This document shows positions 1 through 9,752 of a stretch of DNA of 39,461 nucleotides, in pieces. The DNA comes from Coriobacteriia bacterium (GTDB taxonomy: Bacteria; Actinomycetota; Coriobacteriia; Anaerosomatales; SLCP01). The position numbers were made by a program, and so were the translations under genes. The stretch's first letter is position 1. Each line of letters starts with the position of its first letter. The notes beneath the pieces were generated by a model that did not search any database, was not told where the DNA came from, and was given only the letters and a program-made list of their open reading frames with translations. The stretch is from contig SKKZ01000143.1 of assembly GCA_007123455.1 (NCBI GenBank), forward strand, positions 1 to 39,461. The letters run 5' to 3'.

Positions 1-1
1 G

Positions 2-3000
2 ATGATGGCGGCAGACGACAGGCCAGGGGGCTGCCGGGCCCGCGCATGGCGACCGGTCCCGGTCGACGCCGACGCGGTCGTAGCGCTTGCGGATGCGACC
101 GGGGTCTCGTCTGTCGTCGCCCGCATCCTCCTCGTTCGCGGGATCTCAACGCCCGAGGAGGTCGAACGCTTTCTCGAGCCGGACCTTGAACGCGACTGGC
201 TGGATCCCGGAGTCATCCCCGGGATGACAGAGGCTGCCGAGCGTGTTGCGACGGCGATCCGCTCGGGAGAGAGAGTCGTCGTTTTCGGAGACTTCGACCT
301 TGACGGCATCTCATCTGCCGCACTCGCCTGCCGTGGTCTGCGGGCCCTCGGGTCGGACGCCGTGGCGACGGTCCCGCATCGGTTCCGTGAGGGCTACGGA
401 CTGACGCCCGCCTCGGTCGAACGCTTGCGGGGGATGGATCCCTCGCTCGTCATCACGGTCGACTGCGGCGTCTCGGCCGGGCTCGAGGTCGCCGAGCTGT
501 TGGAATCAGGCATCGATGTCGTCATCACCGATCATCACGAGCCGGGTGAAGCGGTGCCTGTCGGAGTTCCGGTCGTCGATCCCAAACTCGATCCAGCCTG
601 CCCGTCACGTGACCTCTCCGGGGCCGGAGTGACTTTGAAGCTCGTGCAGGCGGTCGGCGCGCTCCTCGGCAAGAAGAACGAGTGGCGTGAGCTGACCGAT
701 CTGGCGATGCTCGGCACGGTCGCCGACATCGTCCCGCTCTTCGGGGAGAATCGCGCGCTGGTTGCACATGGTCTCGCGCGCATTCGCCGTGCGCCCCGGA
801 CCGGTATCGCAGCGCTCGCTGCGGTCGCTTCGACGAAGCTTCCCGCGGTTGACTCCGACGCGGTTGCGTACCAGCTCGCACCACGGTTCAATGCCGCGGG
901 CCGTATGGCCGACCCGGCGGTTGCGCTCGAACTCCTTATGACCGACGACCCGGTGTCTGCCGATGCGCTTGCCCGCGAACTCGATGCGTACAATCGCACC
1001 AGGCAGACGGTCGAGCAGGACCTCACCGAGGCCGCTCTTGCACTTGCCGAGCGAGAGTTCACCGAGGGCGACCGGGGGATGGTTCTTGCGGGTGACGGTT
1101 GGCACGAGGGCGTGAAAGGAATAGTCGCTTCACGTCTGACCCAGCGCTTCGGTGTGCCGGCCGTGCTGCTTGCCATCGAGGACGGTGAGGCCAGGGGTTC
1201 CGGTCGCTCGGTCGGCACTGTCGACCTCTACAACGCGGTTTCCTCGACCTCCGACCTTCTCGTGCGTTTTGGAGGCCATGCTGCCGCTGTCGGGCTCACC
1301 CTCGATCCCGCGCGTATTGCCGAGTTCCGCGAGCGGTTCCTTCGCCACCTGGCCGATCTTCCCGCCGAACAGTTCGCGAGCGAACGTCAGGTCGATGCGG
1401 AGATCGACCTTGGCGAGGTGGGCCTGGACCTTGCGGCTGAGATCGCCGCACTCGAACCGTTCGGTTCAGGGAATCCGCGACCGCTCTTCAGCGTCGGGGG
1501 CGTCTTCATGTCCGGTCGTGAGCGCGTCGGTGCGACCTCCAATCATCTCCGGTTTGCGGCATACGACGGTGCCGACTCGGTGCAGGCGATCGCGTTTCGC
1601 TGTCCCGACATCGAACGTCTCGCACTTTGCGATGCCGCAGTAGACCTTGCATTCGAGGTGCAGGCCGACGAGTGGCGGGGTCGCAGGCGTGTCCAGATGC
1701 TCGTTCGTGAGGTCGCCGTCCACGAGCACGAGGGATACTCGCCCGCTGCCGAACTCGTCGAGGACCTGTTCGCGCGTGCCGATGAGATCCTCGCCCGTGA
1801 GGAGTATGCGGGCATCGAGGAGGCGGAGTCATTTCACACCAAGCTTGCGGGAGTGACGTTCGAAGGACGTCAGGACCTTGTTGCCCGTCTGGAGCCGGGG
1901 ACGCCTCTGAGAGTGGTTCGTCAGCCGGACAACCCCCACGACGCGAACGCGATCGCTTTGCACGAGGCGCACGGTGGGCAGGTCGGCTTCTTCAACAGAC
2001 GCCTTGCCGGTGCACTCGCGCCGGTGATCGATGCCGGCGTGGAATACGACGTGGAGGTCTCCGATGTGACCGGAGGCGATGCGGGCAGGCCCTACGGGGT
2101 CAACGTGCTGGTGACCCGGCGACCGGATGCCAATGACATCTCGGACGAAGAGACTCGTACGGTGCGCCGTGAGCAGCTGGCATCGCTGGACTCTTCCACG
2201 CTCGAACGCGAGCTCGTGCGCGAGTTCATCGGAGATGGAGTGTTGCACGATGCGCAGCAGCGGGCCCTGGATGAGTTGGCCCGCGGGCATCGCTGCCTGA
2301 CGGTGATGGCGACCGGTCGGGGCAAGTCGCTCATCTTCCACCTGCATGCGGCCCGGACTGCGCTGCAGGGTGGAGGAGCTTCAGTGTTCGTGTTCCCGCT
2401 CCGCGCACTCGTCGCAGACCAGGCATTTCATCTCGAAGAGGTGATGGCGAGGATCGGCGTGGGCGTCTGCACTCTGACCGGTGAGTCAGCACCGGGCGTG
2501 CGTGACGATGCGTTCGCCGCTCTTGGCGACGGTAGGATCGACATCATGTTGACAACGCCTGAGTTCCTCGCGTTTCACGCGGAGCGTTTCGCGGAGGCCG
2601 GGCGTGTTCGTTTCGCCGTCGTTGACGAGGCGCATCACGTGGGAACCGCCCGTGCCGGGCACAGGCCGGCCTACGCGCGTCTCGGCGAGACGTTCGAGGC
2701 CCTCGGTGGTCCGGCCGTGCTTGCGGTCACAGCGACCGCCGGGGACGCGACGGCACGGGCGATCGTCGACTCGCTCGGCATCACCTCGGTGGTCACCGAT
2801 CCGACGGTGCGCGAGAACCTCGTGGTCGAGGATCGGCGCGGCCTGTCAGACAAAGACGCATATCTCGCATCACTCGCCGCGGGGGGCGAGAAACTGATCG
2901 TGTACGTCAACTCACGCGAGCAATCGGTCCGTCTCGCCAGGATGCTGCGGAAGAAGGCACCGGCCATCGCGATGCGGGTGGCCTTTTACAACGGGGGACT

Positions 3001-3646
3001 GACCCGTTCCGCCCGCCATGCCGTCGAGCGTGCCTTCCGTGCCGGAGAGGTTAGCGTGGTCGTTGCGACGAGCGCATTCGGCGAGGGAGTGAACATCCCT
3101 GATGTCCGCCACGTCGTCCTCTACCACCTACCCTTCAACGACATCGAGTTCAACCAGATGTGCGGCCGTTCGGGTCGTGACGGGGCGCTTGCGCGCATCC
3201 ACTTGTTGTTTGGGAAGCGGGACGGCAAAGTGAACGAAATGGTGCTCGCCAGTGTCGCGCCTGCACGCGATGACCTGGCAGCACTCTACCTGGTGCTCAA
3301 AGAGTTGCAGCAGTCAAGTGGCCCGGGCTTTGAGATCACTAACGCAGAGCTCGCCGAACGGGTCGGGGCGCGCCGTGCGACGTCGACAATGAACGAGCGC
3401 GGGGTGTCCGCCGGCTTGGGCGTGTTCAGAGAGCTGGATCTGTTGGAGGGCGAGGGGCATGGGGCGTACCGCCGGCTGACGGTACCGCTATCGGCCGGGA
3501 AGGTCGAGCTGGCGTCCTCGGTCCGCTACGCAGAGGGTCTCGAGGAGATAGCCGAGTTCGAGGCGTTCCGCGAGTGGGTCCTCTCTGCTACGTCCGATGA
3601 GTTGCTTGCCCGGTTCAACCGCCCTATCCTTCCATCACAAGACTGA
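2..3646 (+). CDS. recJ: RecJ-type DHH/DHHA1 ssDNA exonuclease fused to a HIRAN domain and a RecQ-family SF2 helicase (1214 aa; 5' end abuts the window edge, so the start is uncertain)
   Basis: The N-terminal part has RecJ hallmarks: FGDFDLDGISS, the DHH motif ITDHHEP (DHH codons 530-538) and a DHHA1-like GGHAAAVGL. The middle part (about 1835-2125) is a near-textbook HIRAN signature: LAGVTFEGRQDLV..PGTPLRVVRQPDNPHDANAIAL..GGQVGFFNRRLAGALAPVIDAG. The C-terminal part carries helicase motifs: MATGRGKSLIF (about 2309-2329), DEAHHVGTARAGHRPAY (DEAH at 2624-2638, resembling RecQ DEAHC..GHDFRP), VTATA and QMCGRSGRDG. It is one uninterrupted ORF. Confidence 0.9.
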   Translation: MMAADDRPGGCRARAWRPVPVDADAVVALADATGVSSVVARILLVRGISTPEEVERFLEPDLERDWLDPGVIPGMTEAAERVATAIRSGERVVVFGDFDLDGISSAALACRGLRALGSDAVATVPHRFREGYGLTPASVERLRGMDPSLVITVDCGVSAGLEVAELLESGIDVVITDHHEPGEAVPVGVPVVDPKLDPACPSRDLSGAGVTLKLVQAVGALLGKKNEWRELTDLAMLGTVADIVPLFGENRALVAHGLARIRRAPRTGIAALAAVASTKLPAVDSDAVAYQLAPRFNAAGRMADPAVALELLMTDDPVSADALARELDAYNRTRQTVEQDLTEAALALAEREFTEGDRGMVLAGDGWHEGVKGIVASRLTQRFGVPAVLLAIEDGEARGSGRSVGTVDLYNAVSSTSDLLVRFGGHAAAVGLTLDPARIAEFRERFLRHLADLPAEQFASERQVDAEIDLGEVGLDLAAEIAALEPFGSGNPRPLFSVGGVFMSGRERVGATSNHLRFAAYDGADSVQAIAFRCPDIERLALCDAAVDLAFEVQADEWRGRRRVQMLVREVAVHEHEGYSPAAELVEDLFARADEILAREEYAGIEEAESFHTKLAGVTFEGRQDLVARLEPGTPLRVVRQPDNPHDANAIALHEAHGGQVGFFNRRLAGALAPVIDAGVEYDVEVSDVTGGDAGRPYGVNVLVTRRPDANDISDEETRTVRREQLASLDSSTLERELVREFIGDGVLHDAQQRALDELARGHRCLTVMATGRGKSLIFHLHAARTALQGGGASVFVFPLRALVADQAFHLEEVMARIGVGVCTLTGESAPGVRDDAFAALGDGRIDIMLTTPEFLAFHAERFAEAGRVRFAVVDEAHHVGTARAGHRPAYARLGETFEALGGPAVLAVTATAGDATARAIVDSLGITSVVTDPTVRENLVVEDRRGLSDKDAYLASLAAGGEKLIVYVNSREQSVRLARMLRKKAPAIAMRVAFYNGGLTRSARHAVERAFRAGEVSVVVATSAFGEGVNIPDVRHVVLYHLPFNDIEFNQMCGRSGRDGALARIHLLFGKRDGKVNEMVLASVAPARDDLAALYLVLKELQQSSGPGFEITNAELAERVGARRATSTMNERGVSAGLGVFRELDLLEGEGHGAYRRLTVPLSAGKVELASSVRYAEGLEEIAEFEAFREWVLSATSDELLARFNRPILPSQD

Positions 3647-3662
3647 GGCGAGGAGAGCGCGC

Positions 3663-5882
3663 GTGCCGGCAACCATCGAACAGATCGAGGCGCAGGTCCG
3701 GGAGTACAATCCCGACGCCGACCTCACCGGGCTCGACGACGCCTATCACTTCGCCTTCGAGGCTCACGTGGGTCAGTCACGCAAGTCCGGCGAGCCGTTC
3801 GTCAAACATCCCATAGAGGTCTGCCTCATCCTCGCCGAGTTGCATCTCGACACGGCCACTCTCAAGGCCGCCCTTCTCCACGATGTTGTGGAGGATTCGA
3901 AGCACGATCTGTCCGAGGTCCGCGAGCGCTTCGGTGACGAGGTCGCCGAGCTCGTCGACGGGGTGACCAAGCTCGGCCGCATCGAGTTCGAGACGCTTTC
4001 CGAGGCCCAGAGCCAGAACCTGCGAAAGATGCTTATAGCGATGGCCAAGGACATTCGCGTGATCCTCATCAAGCTCGCTGACCGGCTCCACAATATGCGG
4101 ACCCTGTCGGCGTTGCCGGCGGAGCGCAGGCGTGACAAAGCTGTCGAGACCATGGAGATCTACGCCCCGCTTGCGCACCGACTCGGCATCTCCAGCATCA
4201 AGTGGGAGCTCGAGGACCTGGCATTCTACTACCTCGAGCCGCGCAAGTTCCACCAGGTGCAGAAGATGGTCGCCGAGAGCCGGGCCGCGCGCGAGGCGTA
4301 CCTGCGCCAGGTGATCGACCAGCTGCAGGGCGAGCTACGCGAGGTCGGCGTCGAGGCCGAGATTTCAGGGCGCCCGAAGCATCTGTACAGCATCTACCAG
4401 AAGATGTCGCACAAAGGTAAGGACTTCAACGAGATCTACGATCTCATCGCCTTGCGGGTGATCGTGGACTCGGTCAAGGACGTCTACGGGGCGCTCGGCA
4501 CGGTGCATAGCATCTGGAAGCCTGTGCCCGGACGCTTCAAGGACTACGTTGCGATGCCCAAGTTCAACATGTACCAGTCACTCCATACGACGGTCATAGG
4601 GCCCGCGGGCCGGCCGCTGGAGATACAGATCCGGACCGAAGAGATGCATCGCACCGCCGAGTACGGGATTGCCGCGCACTGGCGGTACAAGGAGGGTGGC
4701 CGCGGCGACGAGAGCTTCGACGAGCGGCTCGCCTGGCTCCGTCAGATGCTCGAGTGGCAGACCGAACTCAAGGACCCGCGTGAGTTCATGGAGGCACTCA
4801 AGATCGACCTCTTCGAAGACGAGGTATTCGTCTTCACGCCCAAAGGCGACGTACGTTCGATGCGGCGCGGCTCCACGCCGATCGACTTCGCCTATGCGAT
4901 CCACACCGAGGTCGGACATCACTGTGTGGGCGCGAAGGTGAACGGGGTCATCGTGCCTCTCAGTTACGAGTTGCAGATGGGCGACCGGGTCGAGATCCTG
5001 ACCAACAAGAACTCACGGCCGAGTCGTGACTGGCTCAACATCGTCAAGACTTCCTCGGCTCGCAGCAAGATTCGCAACTTCTTCAGCAAGGTGAGCCGCG
5101 AAGACGATCTGCAGCGCGGGCGCGATGAGCTCGTCAAGGTCATGCGCAAGCACGGACTCGGTGTGAGCTCTCCGGCCGCGACCCGGGCGCTCGACGCCAT
5201 TGCCACGGAGATGAACTTCCAGGAGTCCGAGGATCTTCTCGCGCACATCGGCTCTGGGAAGGTGTCCGCCAAGCAGATCGCCGGCAAGCTTCTCAAGCTC
5301 ATGGCTGCAGCGGAGCCGAAGACTGCACCGGAGCCGGAGCCTGAGACGCTGCCGCTCACCACACCGATGACCGCACCGCGTTCAAAGCGGCGGCGCCAGG
5401 GTGGCGGCGTGAAGGTGAAAGGTATCGACGACGTGCTCGTCCGCCTCGCTCGATGCTGCAATCCGGTGCCCGGTGACGACATCGTGGGATTCGTCACGCG
5501 TGGACGCGGTGTGTCCGTGCATCGCCGAGACTGCGCGAACGCAGCGGACTTGCTGCGCTCTCCGGAGCGCATCATCGATGTCGAGTGGGACAAGGGCACC
5601 GAAACCACCTATCAGGTCGAGATCGTCATCGAGGCTGTCGACCGGATGCGTCTGCTCCAGGAGGTCTCCTCGACGATGGCCGAGGCCGGTGTGAACATTC
5701 TGTCGGCCCACGTCGCGACCGACCGCGGTGGCATCTCCACGATGCGCTTCCTCTTCGAGCTCGGTAACATGGACCAGCTTCAATCGGTCATACGTGAGGT
5801 ACGCTCCATCGACGGCGTCTTCGAGGTCGCCAGGGCGCTTCCCGGTGAGGCTGGTCCCCGGCGCAAGCAGGGGCGCGCATGA
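3663..5882 (+). CDS. relA: Bifunctional (p)ppGpp synthetase/hydrolase, RelA/SpoT (Rel) family
   Basis: HD hydrolase motif ALLHDVVEDS; synthetase core RPKHLYSIYQKM..YDLIALRVIV; TGS segment VFVFTPKGDV..GDRVEILT; C-terminal ACT-like segment. I chose the GTG at 3663 because the AGGAGA Shine-Dalgarno lies about 8 nt upstream. The track start at 3597 would overlap the recJ end. Confidence 0.95.
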   Translation: MPATIEQIEAQVREYNPDADLTGLDDAYHFAFEAHVGQSRKSGEPFVKHPIEVCLILAELHLDTATLKAALLHDVVEDSKHDLSEVRERFGDEVAELVDGVTKLGRIEFETLSEAQSQNLRKMLIAMAKDIRVILIKLADRLHNMRTLSALPAERRRDKAVETMEIYAPLAHRLGISSIKWELEDLAFYYLEPRKFHQVQKMVAESRAAREAYLRQVIDQLQGELREVGVEAEISGRPKHLYSIYQKMSHKGKDFNEIYDLIALRVIVDSVKDVYGALGTVHSIWKPVPGRFKDYVAMPKFNMYQSLHTTVIGPAGRPLEIQIRTEEMHRTAEYGIAAHWRYKEGGRGDESFDERLAWLRQMLEWQTELKDPREFMEALKIDLFEDEVFVFTPKGDVRSMRRGSTPIDFAYAIHTEVGHHCVGAKVNGVIVPLSYELQMGDRVEILTNKNSRPSRDWLNIVKTSSARSKIRNFFSKVSREDDLQRGRDELVKVMRKHGLGVSSPAATRALDAIATEMNFQESEDLLAHIGSGKVSAKQIAGKLLKLMAAAEPKTAPEPEPETLPLTTPMTAPRSKRRRQGGGVKVKGIDDVLVRLARCCNPVPGDDIVGFVTRGRGVSVHRRDCANAADLLRSPERIIDVEWDKGTETTYQVEIVIEAVDRMRLLQEVSSTMAEAGVNILSAHVATDRGGISTMRFLFELGNMDQLQSVIREVRSIDGVFEVARALPGEAGPRRKQGRA

Positions 5883-6496
5883 TGATCCAGCGGCTGTCTC
5901 TCGGCGTGCTCGACACGAACTGCTGGATCGTCGCCGCCGAGGGCGGCCCGGCGATCGTCATCGATCCCGCGGACGACCCCTCGAAGGTGCTTGTGGCACT
6001 CGGTGGCACAACCGTCGCAGCGGTGGTGCTCACTCATGGCCACTTCGATCACCTCGCCGGCGCGGCAGGGGTGCTCGAATCGACTGGTGCGCCACTCGTT
6101 GTGCACGAGGAAGACGCCCCGTTCATCACTTCGTCGGAGGGGACCGGGGGGACGCTGTTCGGGTTCGATCACTCGGCGCCCTCCGCAGACCGCACCGTCA
6201 AGCAGGGGGATGTCATCGAGGCGGGCGACATCAGCCTGAAGGTGCTGCACACGCCCGGCCACACCCCTGGCTGCATCTGCCTGTACACGCCCGGGCACCT
6301 CTTCAGCGGGGACACCCTGTTTGCCGGTAGTGTCGGGAGGACCGATTTCCCCCGCGGAGACGCTCGGGCCCTCAGAGAGTCCATCGCCTCGCGAATCGCG
6401 ACTCTCCCGGACGACACGGTCGTCCATCCCGGTCACGGGCCTGAGACCACCATCGGGCGCGAACGCCTCGTGAACCCGTTCTTCCCGAGGGCGTGA
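5879..6496 (+). CDS. MBL-fold metallo-hydrolase (glyoxalase II-like)
   Basis: THGHFDH metal-binding motif, HTPGHTPG, and GDTLFAGSVGRTDFP..G. The start overlaps the relA stop (ATGA). Confidence 0.9.
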   Translation: MMIQRLSLGVLDTNCWIVAAEGGPAIVIDPADDPSKVLVALGGTTVAAVVLTHGHFDHLAGAAGVLESTGAPLVVHEEDAPFITSSEGTGGTLFGFDHSAPSADRTVKQGDVIEAGDISLKVLHTPGHTPGCICLYTPGHLFSGDTLFAGSVGRTDFPRGDARALRESIASRIATLPDDTVVHPGHGPETTIGRERLVNPFFPRA

Positions 6497-6573
6497 TGGT
6501 GAGCGAGCACGCACTGAGGGGTCCGTACGGTACGCTCCTCGCTAGCGGTTGCTGAACGGGGTCGCCGCGCGCG

Positions 6574-6602
6574 TGGTCATCGACGCGCGCTTCCTGCATA
6601 AT
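6574..6602 (+). promoter_or_regulatory. Possible sigma-70-type promoter for hisS-aspS (-35 TGGTCA, 17-nt spacer, -10 CATAAT preceded by TG)
   Basis: Hexamers read directly at 6574-6579 and 6597-6602, about 47 nt upstream of the hisS ATG. The site overlaps a GC hairpin (GCGCGCG 6567-6573 / CGCGCGC 6584-6590), so the assignment is ambiguous. Confidence 0.3.
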
Positions 6603-6648
6603 CTGAACCCGCACGACCCTTGCACCGAGGAAGGTGAGCATCGCTTTC

Positions 6649-7920
6649 ATGAACGCACGCGCGCCGAAAGGCACGTCCGACCTGCTCCCTGCCACTGCGC
6701 GTGCCTGGGAGCATCTGACGCGTACCGCACAGGAGATGTTCGCCAGATACGGCTACGAGCCGGTTTACACACCGCTCTTCGAGCACACCGAGGTGTTCAC
6801 GCGGGGGATCGGCGAGGCCACCGACATCGTGAGCAAAGAGATGTACACGTTCGAGGACCGCTCCGGTCGAAGCCTGACATTGCGACCCGAAGGAACGGCA
6901 AGCGTCGTGCGCTCGGCGCTCGAGCACAGCCTCGTGCCGCAGGGTTCATCGATCAAGCTCTACTATGCGGGCCCCATGTTCCGCTACGAGCGCCCGCAGA
7001 AGGGCCGCATGCGCCAGTTCTGGCAGATCGGTATCGAGATTCTCGGCGCTGCCGAGCCGAGCGCCGACGCGGAGGTTATCGTTGCGCTCTGGCGCTTCTA
7101 CGAGGCTGTCGGCATCCCCGTCACCAACATGCGACTGCTCGTGAATTCGATGGGCGACGAGGCGTGCCGCCCCGTCTACCGCGACAAGGTCGCGGGCTAC
7201 ATCCGTGCCCACGCCGCCGGGCTCTGCGACGAGTGTAATCGTCGTCTGGACACCAACCCGCTGCGCGCGTTCGACTGCAAGAATCCCGCGTGCGTCGTCG
7301 TGATGGCCGAGGCACCACTATTGCGTGACGAACTCTGCGGGCCGTGCGCGGCTCACTACGCCGAGGTCAAGGCACGGCTCGACGAACTCGGAATCCCCTA
7401 CACGGAGGAGCCGAAGCTCGTACGCGGTCTTGACTACTACACGCGCACGGTCTTCGAGGTTCAGGCGGACGCGGGCCTGGGCTCTCAGAACGCGATCGGT
7501 GGCGGCGGCAGGTACGATCGGCTCATGGAGGCGTACGGCGGTAAGCCGACGCCGGGTCTCGGGTGGGCGCTCGGTTTCGAGCGCACGCTGTTGGCGATGG
7601 AAGCCGCCGGCGCCGTCGTGCCGGCACCTCCGCTTGCCGAGGTATACGTTGCCCGTGTCGATACGCAGGTCGCCCCCGAGGCGTTTGTTGCTGCGAGTGA
7701 GCTGCGCGATGCGGGAATCGCGGCGGAGCTCGATCACCTCGGCCGATCGCTCAAGGCTCAGTTCAAGCAGGCCGACAGGCTCGGGGCCCGCCTGGTTGTG
7801 GTCGTGGGGCCCGACGAACTCGCACAGGGTGAGGTCACCGTGCGGGACATGGCAACGAAGGAAGAAACACGCGTCGCGCTCGCCGGTGTGGCGAACGCGG
7901 TGCGCCGGTTGCTCGGCTAG
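6649..7920 (+). CDS. hisS: Histidine--tRNA ligase
   Basis: APKGTSDLLP near the N-terminus, class II motif GPMFRYERPQKGRMRQFWQIG, and a C-terminal anticodon-binding region. Start is ATG 6649; the alternative is GTG 6634. Confidence 0.95.
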   Translation: MNARAPKGTSDLLPATARAWEHLTRTAQEMFARYGYEPVYTPLFEHTEVFTRGIGEATDIVSKEMYTFEDRSGRSLTLRPEGTASVVRSALEHSLVPQGSSIKLYYAGPMFRYERPQKGRMRQFWQIGIEILGAAEPSADAEVIVALWRFYEAVGIPVTNMRLLVNSMGDEACRPVYRDKVAGYIRAHAAGLCDECNRRLDTNPLRAFDCKNPACVVVMAEAPLLRDELCGPCAAHYAEVKARLDELGIPYTEEPKLVRGLDYYTRTVFEVQADAGLGSQNAIGGGGRYDRLMEAYGGKPTPGLGWALGFERTLLAMEAAGAVVPAPPLAEVYVARVDTQVAPEAFVAASELRDAGIAAELDHLGRSLKAQFKQADRLGARLVVVVGPDELAQGEVTVRDMATKEETRVALAGVANAVRRLLG

Positions 7921-7933
7921 GAAGGCGGCGCGC

Positions 7934-9700
7934 ATGCTCGACGCACGACACTCCATCAGGACCCATACGTGTGGCGCACTGGGCGCACCCGATATCGGTG
8001 CAAACGTCACGCTCGCCGGCTGGGTGCATCGCCGCCGCGATCACGGTGGCCTCATCTTCGTTGACTTGAGGGACCGCTCAGGCATCGTCCAGTGCACGTT
8101 CGGTCCCGAGGTTGCCGAGGCGTTTGCCACCGCTGAACGGTTGCGTCCCGAATGGGTTGTGGAGCTGGTGGGCGAGGTCCGCCGCCGTCCCGAGGGGACC
8201 GAGAACCCCGAGATGGTCACCGGGGAGGTCGAGGTCGAGGTCTCATCGGTCACCGTCCTCAACAACGCTGAGACGCCTCCTTTCGAGGTCGAGGACGGCA
8301 TCGATACTGACGAGACGACCCGCCTGCGCTATCGCTACATCGACATCCGGCGCCCGGAGATGCTCGGTGCGCTGCTGTTACGCGATCGCGTCACACAGCG
8401 TTTTCGACGCGCGCTTGAAGACCGCGGCTTCATCGAGGTTGAGACCCCGATCCTTACGAAGTCCACACCCGAGGGCGCGCGCGACTTCATCGTCCCGAGC
8501 AGGATGAACGCGGGCAAGTTCTACGCGCTCCCGCAATCGCCACAACTCTTCAAGCAGCTCCTCATGGTCGCCGGGATGGACCGGTACTACCAGATCGCAC
8601 GGTGCTTCCGCGATGAGGACCTGCGCGCCGACCGTCAGCCGGAGTTCACCCAGGTCGACATCGAGATGTCATTCTGCACGCAAGACCACGTCCTCGACTT
8701 GATGGAAGAGGTGATGGCCGAAGTGATGGACGGTGTCGGGGTCGAGTGGCCATCCGAGATCGAGCGTATGACATACGCCGATGCCATGGACCGCTACGGT
8801 TCCGATCGTCCGGACACGCGGTTCGGGATGGAGATCGCGTGCCTCGGCTCGGTCTTCTCCTCATCGGAGTTCAAGGTGTTCGCCGGTGCCCTTGCATCGG
8901 GTGGGCGGATCAAGGGCATCAATGCGACGGGTTGCGGCGGGTGGAGCCGGGGTAAGATCGACGCCCTCAACCAGCTCGCGATCGACTCCGGGGCCAAAGG
9001 CCTTGCCTGGGTGGCGTTCGGAAGCGATGGCGAGGTGCGCTCACCGGTAGCGAAGTTCTTCTCGGAGGCCGAGATGGACGGCTTGCGTGAGGCGCTCGCG
9101 TTGGAGCCGGGAGATCTCGCTTTGATCGTTGCCGACCAGCACGACGTCGCCAACGAGGTCCTCGGTGTGCTGCGTACCGAACTCGCTGAGACACTCGGCC
9201 TGCATGCAGACGGGTTGCACCCCCTGTGGGTCGTCGACTTTCCGCTCCTCAAATGGGACGCTGATGAAGATCGGTGGACGGCTGTGCACCACCCGTTCAC
9301 CCGGCCGTTCGACGAGCACCTCGAACAGCTGGAGGAGGATCCGGGCAGCGCACTCTCGTTCTCGTACGACCTCGTGATCAACGGTCTGGAGATCGGGGGC
9401 GGTACGCTCCGTGTTCACGATCGGGCACTGCAAGAACGCTTGCTCCGAGTCATGGGCATAGGCGCGGAAGAAGCCGCTGACAAGTTCGGGTTCCTGCTCG
9501 ATGCGCTCTCCCATGGTGCTCCGCCGCATGGCGGCATCGCGCTCGGCTTCGACCGGCTGGTGATGATTCTTGGAGGCGGGAAGTCCATCAGAGATGTGAT
9601 CGCATTTCCCAAGACCAGTTCAGGTGCGTGCCCACTTACCGGTGCTCCGGACACGGTTTCCGCACGACAACTCAAGGAAGTGCACGTTTCGGCCGACTAA
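7934..9700 (+). CDS. aspS: Aspartate--tRNA ligase (bacterial type with GAD insertion)
   Basis: RTHTCG..GWVHRRRDHGGLIFVDLRDRSGIVQ (OB fold) and QSPQLFKQLLMVAGMDRYYQIARCFRDEDLRADRQPEFTQVD. The ATG at 7934 follows GAAGG. The 203-codon upstream extension in the track overlaps hisS and is Arg/Ser-rich junk. Confidence 0.95.
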   Translation: MLDARHSIRTHTCGALGAPDIGANVTLAGWVHRRRDHGGLIFVDLRDRSGIVQCTFGPEVAEAFATAERLRPEWVVELVGEVRRRPEGTENPEMVTGEVEVEVSSVTVLNNAETPPFEVEDGIDTDETTRLRYRYIDIRRPEMLGALLLRDRVTQRFRRALEDRGFIEVETPILTKSTPEGARDFIVPSRMNAGKFYALPQSPQLFKQLLMVAGMDRYYQIARCFRDEDLRADRQPEFTQVDIEMSFCTQDHVLDLMEEVMAEVMDGVGVEWPSEIERMTYADAMDRYGSDRPDTRFGMEIACLGSVFSSSEFKVFAGALASGGRIKGINATGCGGWSRGKIDALNQLAIDSGAKGLAWVAFGSDGEVRSPVAKFFSEAEMDGLREALALEPGDLALIVADQHDVANEVLGVLRTELAETLGLHADGLHPLWVVDFPLLKWDADEDRWTAVHHPFTRPFDEHLEQLEEDPGSALSFSYDLVINGLEIGGGTLRVHDRALQERLLRVMGIGAEEAADKFGFLLDALSHGAPPHGGIALGFDRLVMILGGGKSIRDVIAFPKTSSGACPLTGAPDTVSARQLKEVHVSAD

Positions 9701-9708
9701 CTCTGTAA

Positions 9709-9730
9709 GACGACGGTTTGTGACGTCGTC
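9709..9730 (+). terminator. Hairpin immediately after the aspS stop (GACGACG-8 nt loop-CGTCGTC), with no U-tract
   Basis: Perfect 7-bp inverted repeat read at 9709-9715 and 9724-9730, 9 nt after the TAA. The missing T-run makes intrinsic-terminator function uncertain. Confidence 0.3.
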
Positions 9731-9752
9731 GCGCACGCGCTACACTGATAAT

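Noticed and set aside
6497-6648. Possible T-box leader upstream of hisS-aspS, as found in Firmicutes
   Set aside because: The spacer is only about 150 nt. I cannot find the conserved T-box sequence (..GGGTGGTACCGCG..) or a specifier-loop architecture. The GC hairpin at 6567-6590 is better explained as a weak terminator or by promoter overlap.
7325-7933. 203-codon N-terminal extension of the aspS ORF; analogous extensions are 14570-14782 for alaS, 19735-19902 and 20181-20633 for the ABC-2 operon genes, and 3597-3662 for relA
   Set aside because: The extensions overlap the preceding genes in another frame and are Arg/Ser-rich junk. Conserved N-termini and Shine-Dalgarno sequences support the downstream starts.
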